Positions 1 through 11,066 are shown, numbered from the stretch's first letter. The stretch: 64,000 nt of DNA from an uncultured Verrucomicrobiae bacterium (GCA_963828525.1 CAWHEP010000001.1:1-64000); one strand, 5' to 3'. Made by a program: numbers and translations. The notes: generated by a model not told the origin, from the letters alone.

Positions 1-671
1 TTAGCACCGGCACGCGTCGCCGATCGCCGGCGTAGTAGATGGACGCCGCGTTCACGGTCTGCCCCTGCTCACGAAGCAGGAGCGCATACGCCGCCACCTG
101 CACCGCGTCGTATTCCTTCGCCACGCGCTCGCCATTCTCTCCGCGCCGCGGCGCTCCCTTTCTTGTGGTCGATCACCTCGATCCCGTCGCCCGTCCCTTC
201 GCACACGTCGATCTTGCCCACGAGGCCCAGCGTCTCGCTCTCGAGTTGGAGGCTCCGCAAGCGCGCTCCTTCTGGCAGTTCCAGTTCCTTGGGATCTTCC
301 GGCAAAGCCGATGGTTTGTCGGTCTGCCGATGCGCCGCCGATCCTTCCGCCGTATCGGCGTTTTCCTCGAAAAGATTTTCAACCCATTGGTAATAGAATA
401 GCCTTGGGCAGTAGGCGTAATTCTGCAACCGCCGCACAGGCATGAGTGGAGCCGGCTCTTCGGGCGGTGCGGTTGGTGGTTCGCAAAGCGCCACCGGCAT
501 TTCCTTGGGCACGAGGACTTCGGGCTGAAGCGCCACTGGCGCGCCTAACTCGGCACTCAGCACGTCGTGGATTTGCTGCTGAAGCGCATCGAGTGGCAAT
601 TCGACCTGCGCCGGATCGCGCTCTCGTCCCGGACGCGCGCTTCGTTTTTGAGATGAACGTCGGGTAGGCAT
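1..671 (-). CDS. cas4: CRISPR-associated Cas4 nuclease, probably the N-terminal part of a Cas4-Cas1 fusion; one frameshift near 150; runs off the left edge
   Basis: Motifs LQNYAYCPRLFYYQWVE, G..AH, LGLVGKIDVCE and VIDHKKG. After a 1-nt shift it continues RRGENGERVAKEYDAVQVAAYALLLREQG...ASIYYA (Cas4 QxxxY motif). It lies directly downstream of cas12b, the usual V-B order. The Cas1 part is inferred, not seen. Confidence 0.9.
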
Positions 672-720
672 GCGCGGTAGTGGTTTAGTTTCGAGGCGGA
701 AAATGCCAGCTACATCGGGA

Positions 721-3700
721 TTAGATCGGGATATAATCTTCCTTACCATCAGCATCGGCTCTCATGTTGACGGGTTGGGATACAGATGGTGCGGCAGTCC
801 ATTCATCGGGCGGCACTAAACCCCAAGCCCGGATGCGCTGCGCGTTCACCATCTTGAGGCGGCGCCAGCAAACACGCTTCACCTGCGTCCAGTATACTTT
901 GCCCTTTGCCGCCCCGACGCCGGTTAGCGCGGCTACCGCTTCGCCATTCTGTCGCATCGGAATCTGGTAACGCTCCTTTCCGTGAATTTCCAACGCCAGC
1001 TGGTCGTTCACTTTCACCGCAACATAGAGATAGGGCTTTTTGCTGGTTTCGAGATCGTCATCACCGGCGTCATCATCGACGTCCGCAGTCTTGGAATTGG
1101 GTGCATCCTTTTCCTGCGATTCAGCAAGCGCGACTGTTCGCTCCTCGGGTTTCCGGCACGCCGCTTCAGAAAGATGGCCACGTCGGTTTTGGATCTCCAA
1201 TCGTCCATCCACTTTCGCCTCCGTGCGAAAAACCGGGAACACATCCAACCTGTCCGGGTGCGCGACAGCACGAAGCCCGATGTTCACCGCCGCATTGATG
1301 TCAGCGTTGCATTCGATTCCGTCCGTTCCAGCTACATGGGAGACAGTCGACACGAAAGCTGGCCCGCCATCCAGCGGCAACCAAAGTGAAGCCTTGCCAT
1401 CATTTCTTTCATGGAGTTTGGCCGCAACGTTGAGGATAAACCGAGCGCGTTCGGATGGTCCGCGCTCCTTGCCTTTACCGACCGTCTCCTCTGCCCATCG
1501 CTTCCACGGCTGCACTTTCTCAAATCCCCTGGCAACCTCGACGCACCGAATCCCAGGCGCACCGGAGCGGGAACTATAGCGAGACGAAAACCGCGCATCG
1601 ACGGTCACGATGTCGATCCCGAAAACTTGAGCCATGTCCTGCAACTTCGCGATCACCGCGCGATGGCTCCATTCCATCAACTGCCGATTCTCAAAGCGAG
1701 AACGGTCCTGGCTGGTCCTGTAGCGGCTCAAGTCTTCCAGCACGATCACTGACGCGCGCGGCAACGGCGCCCCGTCCTTTCCCAATTTCGGTTCGTAACG
1801 CCCGTGCAAATCACGCTCGGACTTGAGTTCCTTCTTAACTTTCTCATCGATCAGAACCCTTCCAGGATTCATTAATTGGAGGCCGAGCGCTTCGGCCAAA
1901 ATCATGTGCGCCGTTTGAAAGACCCGCTGATCGCGAAGGTCGTTGATATTGTCGAGAAAAGCCTTGGCAGGCTCATGCACCTCGTCGCGGCGCTCGACCT
2001 TTGACGGTTCGAGACCGCCGTCGCTCCCAGGCTGGTAATATCGGCGTTCGATCTTCGCGAGACTCTGCAGGCAGCGCCGGAAATCCTGAAGCACCTCGAT
2101 GCGACGGATGTTCAGTCCACGCATCCCGCGAATGTGCCGTTTCTCCGATACACTGGAGTCTTCGTCCCGCTCCAAAAACGCCTGTTGCTTCAATTCACCA
2201 GTCGCATCGTCATAACTACACCGGTGCCAAATCCACTCCTTGTCACGCAGGGGCCAGACGTGTTGCGCGACCTCAGCGATCCATCCGTGATGCCCGCCAA
2301 ATGACGACATTGCCTTCTTGATTTGCCTTTCTGCCTCGGCTGCAAGAGCCCGCCAGTCCCAGCGCTGGTCGGCGTTTTCCGCGAGTCCTTTCCGGATCTC
2401 GTCCTCGGCTGCCTTCTGCGAAGCTTTCTGTGATTTCACCCGCACTTTGCCTGCCTTATCCGGCTTGCCCTTCACCTTGCGGAAGAGGGGATGCTGCTCG
2501 CCGTCATGGGCGTAGCGCAACGAGTCCCAGACGGTGTCCTCTTCGGCAAGGGCATGGCGGAGCTTGCCCATGAACTCCTCCTCAATCTCCGGCTCCTCTC
2601 CTTCCTCCGGCGGCGCGGGTTGAAACGCGAGCGTCTGGATCGTCTTAAAGCGATTCTTTCCCCAGATGATCTTCCAGTCCTCCGCAGAGGTGGCGGGTCG
2701 ATATTCGCTCGTGTCGAACCGGTCCGTCTTGCCAACTGCACGCCACCGGAGCGTTAGGAGAAATTTCAGCCGGCTCAGGCGCCGACGCAGTCGCCAAACC
2801 AAGTGATCGCCAAGCGCGGGAAAGAACTTACGATCCCCTTCTTCTGGTAGCGCCGTCCTCTTGCTCTCCGGCAAAATCGCGACAGCGACCTTGGTGAATT
2901 CTTCACGCTCGGCGTCAGAGGCAATTCGTCCACGGCTCCCTCCCTTCTCCGGCAGCGGCTTTTCCGAGTAGCAGTCACTGCCTTTGAGCTTTTGATACAT
3001 TTCGGCGTCTTCTCCCTGAAGTCGAAATACGCCGCGTTGATACGAATCAAACCAGATGCGATGCGGGTGACCGTGCGGCGAAATCTCCCGCGCCCGATCC
3101 GAGGGTTTGTTGCCCAGAGAGATTTGCGCTCTGCTCCATGCGGCAGTGAAGCGAACACCAAGATCGACCGAAAGAATATCGAAAGGTTCTAGTTCGGGCA
3201 ACTCACTCCAAAGCTCCTTTACCTTGAAGCCACCGTCGGATGCTGCCGGTTCGCCTTCGTCACCGATGACCGCCTCCGCCGCTTCTCCCGGCCCTCGGTC
3301 GTGGCATCGATCTTCCAACGCAGATTCAATCCTACCCACCTGCCATTCTTAAGGGTCGTTCTGGCGGACTTTCGCGGCAAATGCTTCGTGCCGTTCGCCA
3401 GTTCATCGACCGTCACGCCGAACGCAAACATGAGATGGAAGGCGCCATCGTCGGTTTCAGGCGGCAGCAAAGATACGCTTGGCGCGAGGTTCTTTGGTTT
3501 CTTGCCAGTTGCTCCGGCCTGCAAATTGGGAAGAGTGGCTTCCTCGATAGCCGCGAGCGGGATTCCATAGAACGACTGCATCGAGTTTCCGTCCGGCGTC
3601 ACCAATCTATCGCGCTTGAGGCGTCGAAAGCTGAGAGTCATCGGATACGGCACCTCGCCCACGTGGTCCGGTTTCCACGGCTTCTTCTCATCTTTGCCCG

Positions 3701-5546
3701 TGACCCATTGGCTATTGGTCTGAACCAGCTTTATCGGCGTGCCGTTCCTCTCCCGGTGAAACAACTGCGTCACCGGTCGCGCCGTAAGTTCGCAATCGAA
3801 GTCGAGCGGACGGAAGCTCAATTCTTTGTGGCGATTTTGAGTCCACGGCCATGTAAACGAAATGGGTTTCCTCTCTGCCGTTCGCCAGTCCTTTTCGTCC
3901 TTTGGTGACTCGGCGATCTTTTCCAGTTCGCCTTTCGCCTCGGCATACAGCACCGACCAGCGTACAAAATTCTGCGGACAGTGCTCCGGCAAATCCGCGG
4001 CCTTCGGTCCCCAAAGGATGTGAAACTGCGGCTTGCACAATTCCCGAAACAAGCTGGCGCTACCGAAGCCACCCGCGTTATCCGCCTGAGCCTCGTTGAC
4101 CTTTTCGATCAGCTCGTCCTCGTCCGGTTGCTCCCCATCTTTCGCCGCTAACCGATACAATTTGAGGAACTCCTGCCGAAGGTCCGACCACCCGCCGATC
4201 GTCGCGCGGCGGAGTCCGTATCCAATCTGGCCCCCGATGTTATCCAGCAAATCCGCCATCGCCTTGGCCCGCTTTTCATCGCCGCGCAATCCGCCAATGT
4301 TCCGGGGCATCACTTCCTTCCCGGCCTTCTTTCCCTTCGCTCGACTCACCTGCGGCTTTGGGGGCGGATTGCCATCCGTCTCCATCGCCCGGACCATCGC
4401 CAGCCGTTGCTGAAACAGGCGCTCGCGCTCCTCCGTCCGGTTTCGATATTTGAAGACCTCATCGAACGCACGTTTCAGCGCCGACTCATCGAACTTCTGC
4501 CGAAACCCCTGAGACTCGAAATCGCATCCGAGCAGCGTGGTGAAGTAAGGGAAGGTCGGTCGCAAACCCGGGACTCCCACAATCTCTTGTCCTTCGCAGA
4601 CAATGGGTTTTCCGTGCTCAGTCTCAGGCTGCTCCTTTGCCAGAACCTTCGCCACATACTCTTTGAGTTTTTCTTCGGCCTCTGCGTACGCGGCTCCAGT
4701 CGGCTGATGCACACCCAGCCAGCAAAGACGCGCTATCGCATAGTGAAGCGCCCCGATCGGTCCCGACTTGTGAAACCAGATAAAATCCGAAAAATCCTCG
4801 GACTCGGAAATCTGCCGCTGATATTCCGCAAGCCCCTCGTCTGAGATACCCAAGGGCGCCTTGTTAGTGCTCGGGCTGAATGCCTTCACATAATGCGCGC
4901 GTTCATTTTCTGTCGGCGTCCGTTCAATCTCCTTCCAGTAGCCTCGAACAATGTCTAAATACGTGTGGGAAGCCCCCGCGTCCGCGAGGCGCCAAAAGAG
5001 CCGGTCTATCGGCGCGCAACCGGGAAGCGCTCGACCGCTCGACGTGCTGCAAAAGCGCAGCCCGTTGTCGCGCGCGAATTCTGCAAAATCACCGCAGTCG
5101 AGAGTGCCGTCGCGTTTGCGGATTTGCGCGACAAGAATCTCCATAACCGCGGCGCGTTCTGCGGGCGATGATCGCGTCCCGTAAACTGCGTCGAGAAATT
5201 CCGCCACCGTCGTTGAGCCCGCGAACGGAGCTTTCGGATAGCTCTCAACCAGCCGCGCGATCACTGCGTGTGTTTCCGCAATTCGGGTCGAATTCGCCAC
5301 GCTCTCCCACAGAGGGGAGACGACCTTGCCGCTAGCGTCCTGTCCGTTCCTGATCAACCCAATCAGGCAGAGGATGTAGTAACATACTGCGTCTTGAAAA
5401 ACCTCATGCGTAGTTTTGAGCGCCTGCGCGGTGTGCAGCGCATTCGGAAGAAGCTGCTTTACGGTCTTCCCCGATTTCCGGGCATGATGGTTACTGGCCG
5501 TTTCTTCAACGAGCACCTCGTAGCTGCGGTAGATTTCAGATGGCAT
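721..5546 (-). CDS. cas12b: Type V CRISPR effector, Cas12b (C2c1)-like, ~1,600 aa, split by one frameshift at ~3290
   Basis: ATG at 5546 (MPSEIYRSYEVLV...THEVFQDAVCYYILCLIGL). RuvC-I DILSVDLGVR, RuvC-II VIVLEDLSRYRTSQDRSRFENRQLMEWSHR, RuvC-III NADINAAVNIGLR. Other blocks recalled from verrucomicrobial Cas12b: YGLRRATIGGW, FRLQGEDA, PLRDKEWIW, LRDQRVFQTAHMILAEALG. ORFs 3219-5828 and 721-3339 join at the GAGGGCCGGG run. Confidence 0.9.
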
Positions 5547-5547
5547 T

Positions 5548-6057
5548 TTATGGAGGTGTTTTAGCGCCGCTGACGCCGAATTTCGGCGCGCAGAACTTTG
5601 GCCAAAAGCTTCGCCCACCCCGCTGGACCGCACTTGCGCCGTCGCAGGCGTCAAGCAAAGCGTGGAGCGCGGCATTACGCGTCGTCGCGTCGCTTTCATT
5701 TCCCGCGAACGCTGCCTCCGCACACTGCTCAAAGGTGGGCTCGGGGATGTCGGGCGTAAAATAAGGCGCGACCGAAGCCCGCATCCCCCGGCGCATCGCA
5801 CTGCGGCGACGAAAAGCGCCCCAGACAAAGTGTTCGGAGCCTTCCGTTGTCATGCGCTGCCGGATTTTCCATTGGTCGCTTGTGGGATCGCTGACCGGCC
5901 CGAGGAGACAAACCAAGTAGTAATTCACTGCATCCTGAAAGAGCGCGTGATGATCCCAAAGAACGCCGTCCCAGTTCCAATCCGACGAGCTAACGTCATT
6001 GCCTTGAGTATCGAGCAATTGCGCGGAACTCACGCGGCCTTGGTAGATGCGGTTCAT
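5548..6057 (-). CDS. 169-aa stand-alone or truncated Cas12b N-terminal module
   Basis: MNRIYQGRV...VLWDHHALFQDAVNYYLVCLL...VWGAFRR...VAPYFTP...ALLDACDGASAVQRGGRSFWPKFC closely follows the N-terminus of Opitutaceae-type Cas12b as I recall it. It ends at TAA 5548-5550, one base before the ATG of the large effector. Confidence 0.8.
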   Translation of the reverse strand: MNRIYQGRVSSAQLLDTQGNDVSSSDWNWDGVLWDHHALFQDAVNYYLVCLLGPVSDPTSDQWKIRQRMTTEGSEHFVWGAFRRRSAMRRGMRASVAPYFTPDIPEPTFEQCAEAAFAGNESDATTRNAALHALLDACDGASAVQRGGRSFWPKFCAPKFGVSGAKTPP

Positions 6058-6090
6058 GTCGGAACGTCCCGTCGGAACCGGGCGGACTCT

Positions 6091-6100
6091 CCTTATACCA
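6091..6100 (-). promoter_or_regulatory. Possible extended -10 promoter for the cas operon
   Basis: TGGTATAAGG (TGn-TATAAG) about 35 nt upstream of the ATG at 6057, in the only intergenic gap before the cas genes. Confidence 0.3.
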
Positions 6101-6197
6101 AATCCCACTGAGCGCGTCCATCCAACACGCGACATCCGGTTCGTGACGAGATCTTTACTACCATGGCGGCCGGGCTCACGTGGGGCGACGCACGGCG

Positions 6198-6572
6198 CTA
6201 CGGGTAGGAGGGGCCTGCGGCCCCCATATCCGCGTCAGAATCAGATTCACTGAAGGTGACTTCGCGAACCCACGGTTCTTCTGCAGGATGGGTGCGATCC
6301 GTTTCCCGAACCAGTGCCAGGCAGCCCTCCCGCAGAGCTTTCCAAAGCGCCTGGAGAGTCTCGCCGCGCACGGTGGCCGTCCACGCGGTGAAGCGAAAGA
6401 TCATCTCGCCCCTTCCGTCGAAATCAACAGTGGCAAGGAATGCATAGGACGCAAATCGTTGCGTGCCATCCTTTCGGCAGAAGGTAATACCCATGGAGGG
6501 TGTGGTGCTTTCCTCGTAAGACGCGTAACGCAAAGGGACCTCAGTGGCTTTTTTGTCGGCTGTTTTGATCAT
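6198..6572 (-). CDS. Hypothetical 124-aa protein downstream of the relaxase
   Basis: Intact ORF with protein-like composition, overlapping the relaxase 3' end and co-oriented with it. Confidence 0.7.
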   Translation of the reverse strand: MIKTADKKATEVPLRYASYEESTTPSMGITFCRKDGTQRFASYAFLATVDFDGRGEMIFRFTAWTATVRGETLQALWKALREGCLALVRETDRTHPAEEPWVREVTFSESDSDADMGAAGPSYP

Positions 6573-9503
6573 GGATTATGGACGAAAGGATGTCCGATGC
6601 GGTTCTTGGGATTTGCGCCCGGCGGCGCGCAACTTCTTGTGATTGGCGCACAAAGGCGGCGTGCGCTCGCCAACGCTGAACAAGCTGCCGTGCCTGCTCC
6701 ATGCGCTTTCGTATGCCCGTGACCGAACGCTCGACAGCGTGGCGAACGACGCCGGCCCAAGCCTGAGTCCGACCCAGAATTGAAGGAGAAATTGCCGCCC
6801 GCTGTGTTTTCCCAAGCACGTCGAGTGCGGCGCGTCGGGTGCCTTCGGGCAGTCGAGCCAACAACTCCTCCTTGTCCGGTGTATGGACAGAGCAGGAGAC
6901 TCGGCCGCGCGAACAGGCGACGTAAGCAGACTTTGCGTCGAGCTTTTCGGCGGCAACGACGACATGATCGCACGTGCGCCCCTGTGCTTTATGCGAGGTG
7001 ACCACGTATCCGTGGCACCAGTGCCGGAAGTTCGCAGGGATTGCGACGCCCTCTTGGGTGTGAATCGTTCGATCCGGCCGGATGCTCTCGACCGTGAGCA
7101 CTTGGCCGTTGATCAACCCACGATTTCGCGCGTTGGCACGGACGAGGAGTTTATCACCGACGGCGATGTCGACCGCCCGAAAGGTGCCGACATCAAATGC
7201 TTTTGCCGTGCGCAAATCGAGACGCTGTTCTTTGCCGCCGTGGCTTCCCAGCCAGACTTCACCTGCCTCTACTCTCTGTACTTGAGCGAGTTCGCCCTTT
7301 TTCCACCCGCCATTGGGCATGTTGAACGAAACAGCCTGCCCGACGGCGTAATTGCGAGCGTTGGTCCTCTGCTGGGTCGTCCAGCGTAGCGAATCGTAAA
7401 CCGAGCACTCCACTCCCTCCGAAGGCAAGCGGCCACGCTTCCTCAATTCGTCTCGTATGCACTTCGTGATCCGAAAGTTTTCGGCCCAGGTCGGGGCGAC
7501 CACAAGGCAGCGGTCCAACGACGCCCCGTCCTGCGTGAGGCGCAGGTATTCAGACGCGGCTGCGCTGAGGTAGTCCGCACCTCCCGCTTTGATCCAACCC
7601 AATTCTTCCAATGCGCGAAGACCACCCCGAGCATCTCCTGCAGCCATGCGCTCGACCGCCGCTCGGTATTCCGGGACGGCGGCTTGCCGGCGGATTTCGC
7701 GGATTTCACACCGTCCGAGTTGGCTGTGCGTTTCGAGGACTCGAAGGAAGTCTCCCGCCTCGACACTGACGTGCTGCCGCACGTCACCGACGAAAATCAC
7801 CCGCAGTCGATATTTTTGCGCCAAGCGCAGAAGCTCAGCGCCTTGGCGATTCGATTTGAGTCCCGCTTCGTCGCAGACAACTACGGCCCCGATCAATGAT
7901 TCGCGCCTGGAGACGTTTTGCAGAAAGTCTTCCACCGTCGTCGCATTACCGAATCCTTCGCCTTGCAAGACCTTCGCGGCGGCGGCCGTCGGTGCTACGT
8001 AATGAACTTTGCGTGCGCCCAACCCATTCTGCACTTCACGCAGGGTGGTCGTCTTGCCCGCACCCGCTACGCCACGCAGGCTGAAGACTTGGTCGGTCGT
8101 GGACAGAATTGACCGCACGGCGTCTCGTTGCTCGGCGGAAAGTCTCTCGCTTGGCTCAAAGCTCGGATTCAACGGCGAGCATTGCCCTTTCGTGGCATCG
8201 ACGAAGGCAACTGCCCAGCGCTCCAATTCCAACCCCCGACGAGTCGCGTATTCTCCAAATAGCGAGGGTTCGGCGGTCAGAGGAACCAGTTCGGCGCCGC
8301 CGCCTCGTACGGTTTCCTTCAGCACATCAAGGTCGACCGATCCAAGTGCTTGATTAATCGCTTCCGCGAGAATTTCGTGCCCGTGCGCAACGCTTTGCCG
8401 CTCGAAGAGGTGATCGACGCCGGCCCGTAACGCCGCGATCTCCTGTCCGTCCTTGTGCCCTGGAGCCTTGGAGCGAGCAATCGCGCTCAGTTTGAGACGC
8501 TCTAGATTCGCCCATTCGGCCGATGACAGTTGGGACCGCTGTCGCTCGCGAACTTCGTCTGTCGTGACTTCAGCGAGTTTTACATCACGGGTCTCCCGAG
8601 TAATCCTTGAAATCTCGACAGTGGTCGGTTCGCGCCCGTGCTTTTTCTGGAAGACGGCGATTTCCCGCTCGATTTCCGCTCTTCGTTTGGCGAAGCGCGC
8701 GCATAGTTCCTCGGAGACTCCCTCTACCTCGAAACCGGTGACCTGCCCTTTATCGTCGCGTGCCTCGCGAATTGTGTACCCGAGGTTGGTCACCGCGCTG
8801 CGCCATTTCGTTCTGGTAGACCTTCCCCGCATAGCGAATCGCCTTGAGCATCTGGCACTCCTCCAAGGCATACCATTTGCCAGCGCTGTCACGGGTCGCG
8901 TTGGCGACAACGAAATGCGTGTGCAACTGCGGATCGAGAGCGCGGCTGGCGTCATGCGTGAACGCGGCGGCGCACAGATTCCCGGTCAGTTCGGAGTCAC
9001 GAGTGAAGAGGGTGTTTTTCTGCCGCGCGGCGAATTGCTCCAGCTCGGCAAAAGCTTTTCCGGCGGCGCGTTGATGAGCCTGCCGCAGCCGCTCGTCACC
9101 GGCCACGACAGCTAAAATCGAAACTGATTTTTGCGCTGAGCATTGGAAATCGTAGAAGGCGACTCGATTGGCGAGCGGTTTCATGCCAGCTCGAAAGTTG
9201 GCAATCTCCGCATCGGATCCCTCGCGGTGATGCTCGCGTCGAAAAGTCTCCCGAGCCTCACGGACCAGTCGGCTCGCGAGTGTCCTTCGTGCGGGGAGTC
9301 AGGCGTTCAGCGGTGCCGGGACGGCGATTCTCACGCAATGCCTCGAATTGTTCGGCGTCCACTTCATCCCTCAACCCGAGAAACTCGGTTCCACGACCAA
9401 CCCAACGACCGACGACCTTTTCCCCCTCGGCGTAGTAGTCGTTCGCGGAGAGGTGATTTTTGAGGTAGCGCTCGCCACCATAGATTTTCGCCCGTGTGAA
9501 CAC
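6541..9503 (-). CDS. mobF: MOB-F (TrwC/TraI-type) relaxase-helicase, two frameshifts (~9250-9185 and ~8800)
   Basis: N-terminal YLKNHLSANDYY...GRWVGRG. Then YDFQCSAQKSVS and the HUH motif FTHDASRALDPQLHTHFVVAN. C-terminal RecD-like helicase motifs GVAGAGKTT, VVCDEAG, GDVRQH, IRRQ and HGYVVTSHKAQGRT. GTG start at 9503. Confidence 0.92.
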
Positions 9504-9642
9504 CCGGCCAGCTAATCGGGCTCGGAATTGAAAGCTGCGCCCGGATTGGCGCAAGTGGTTCGCGTTCCCGGCTAGCGTTCCTCCATGCACGAGCCGCTAT
9601 TGATACGTCCCCAACAGTGGAGCAGAGGAGTTGGATTTAAGG

Positions 9643-9673
9643 AAGACGCAATACGTCAAAGCCGAGCCTTTGA
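9643..9673 (-). other. Candidate oriT nic region
   Basis: On the minus strand, hairpin TCAAAG-GCTCGG-CTTTGA is followed directly by CGTATTGCGTCT. This resembles the hairpin+GCGTATTGTCT nic architecture of the MOB-F plasmid R388. It lies in the divergent gap upstream of the relaxase. Confidence 0.5.
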
Positions 9674-9834
9674 AGGCGGGACAACTCGCAAATCGATGCA
9701 ACGAGAAGCGCTTCGCTCCGGCATGTCCCCCGTGCTGTCCCGCGTTGAGGCGCGGAGTCCCGCCCTTTTCTCCACTCGTCCCGCCAGACGGCCCGGATTT
9801 TCGCAGACTTTCCCGCTTTGTCTCTCGCCTCGCC

Positions 9835-10170
9835 ATGGCTGACCCGGTTCAAGTTTTGGCGGCGGCCGAGAACTCCGAGGTCGATCCACCCCGCTCTAAG
9901 CTTGATCCTTTTGCCGAGGCGCTATGGGCGTTGCGGCGTAAGCGCAAACGGCTGCGCGCGATAGCCGTTTTCCTCCGCGAGCACGGAATCGAGGTCAGCA
10001 AGAGCACCGTCGCGCGCTGGCTCAAACGCCACCCGCAGCCGAAGCCGGAAGCAGAGTCGGACCGACAATTCGCACCTTCGCGAAACGACCAACGACCGGG
10101 CGCTTCGCAGCCCGCCAATAGAGCGAGGGCGCGCAGCTTTTTCAACTCCACCACTGATCAAGAACCATGA
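9835..10170 (+). CDS. Small HTH DNA-binding protein, putative relaxosome accessory (TraK/MobC-like position)
   Basis: LRAIAVFLREHGIEVSKSTVARWLKRH helix-turn-helix. First gene of an operon divergent from the relaxase; overlaps the next ATG. Confidence 0.7.
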   Translation: MADPVQVLAAAENSEVDPPRSKLDPFAEALWALRRKRKRLRAIAVFLREHGIEVSKSTVARWLKRHPQPKPEAESDRQFAPSRNDQRPGASQPANRARARSFFNSTTDQEP

Positions 10171-11066
10171 GCAAATCCAAAGAGCCCGTTATTCAAGCCG
10201 CCGAATCCCCTCAATCCGGTTCGTCGGCAGAACCCAAATCCAAAACTCTTCACCACCGCCTCGTCTTACCGATTCAGACGAGGGGCAATCTGGGCAAGAG
10301 CACCGAGGCGATCGCCCGTTGCGAATGGATGAACGCGCGAGGTGTCCAGTGGAGGGGATACGACTTGGACGCATCCAATCGCACCTTGAGCACGGCACTC
10401 CCGAATCACGTCTCCTTTGTTCCGCCGAGTACAGAGCCCGAAGGTCAGGTCGTGCGCATTCTGCGGGGTGTGACGAAGGCCGAGGTGACGGTGGTCGATC
10501 CGAGCGCCCACATGGAGCAGACGATCCTGCGGGCTTTTCGTATGGTGCGCTTCCCGGAAATGGCCGCCGCCGCCAACGCCAGAGCTACCGTCATGGTCTA
10601 TCCCATCGACGAAATCTCCGATATGGACGACATCGCCCGCACCGTCGATGCGCTCGGAGATACGGTGGACTGGATTGTGGTTCGGAATCTCGCACGTGTT
10701 CCCACTACCCGATTCTATGAGCGTAGTGCCTTGGAGAAACAGCTCGCATCCTTCGGGGCAGCGCGCCTCGACATTCCTCAGTTACTCACGGACACCCGCA
10801 ACTATCTGAGAACCCAGGAAGCCAAGCTCGGTCGGGCGTTCTCGCCCACCCAGGCACTCCACGATCCCAGCCTGGAACTCGACCTCGGCCATCAGATGAT
10901 TCTGGAGGATTGGCTGGAGGAATTTTTCAGTCGGTTCGACCGGATTGCATCCCACCTGCTGCCAACTTCCGCACTCGCACAAATCCCGCGTTCCGAACCC
11001 GACGTGCAGCGAGCTGCCGCGCAGCAGCGCGGTTCGTCGATCAATCTCAGCAACGACGATGAATAG
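10167..11066 (+). CDS. ParA/MinD-superfamily P-loop NTPase, TraL/MobD-like
   Basis: Deviant Walker A QTRGNLGKST, then GYDLDASNRTL and VTVVDPSA. Located next to the oriT/relaxase. Confidence 0.7.
   Translation: MSKSKEPVIQAAESPQSGSSAEPKSKTLHHRLVLPIQTRGNLGKSTEAIARCEWMNARGVQWRGYDLDASNRTLSTALPNHVSFVPPSTEPEGQVVRILRGVTKAEVTVVDPSAHMEQTILRAFRMVRFPEMAAAANARATVMVYPIDEISDMDDIARTVDALGDTVDWIVVRNLARVPTTRFYERSALEKQLASFGAARLDIPQLLTDTRNYLRTQEAKLGRAFSPTQALHDPSLELDLGHQMILEDWLEEFFSRFDRIASHLLPTSALAQIPRSEPDVQRAAAQQRGSSINLSNDDE

Noticed and set aside
3270..3340. Programmed frameshift or naturally split Cas12
   Set aside because: There is no slippery heptamer and no convincing RBS/start for the second half. The break is at a short G/C run, and similar indels affect housekeeping genes in this window.
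1..6200. CRISPR array or tracrRNA near the cas genes
   Set aside because: No regularly spaced 30-40 bp repeats are visible anywhere in the window. In V-B loci they normally follow cas2, which would lie beyond the left edge. An anti-repeat cannot be identified without the repeat.
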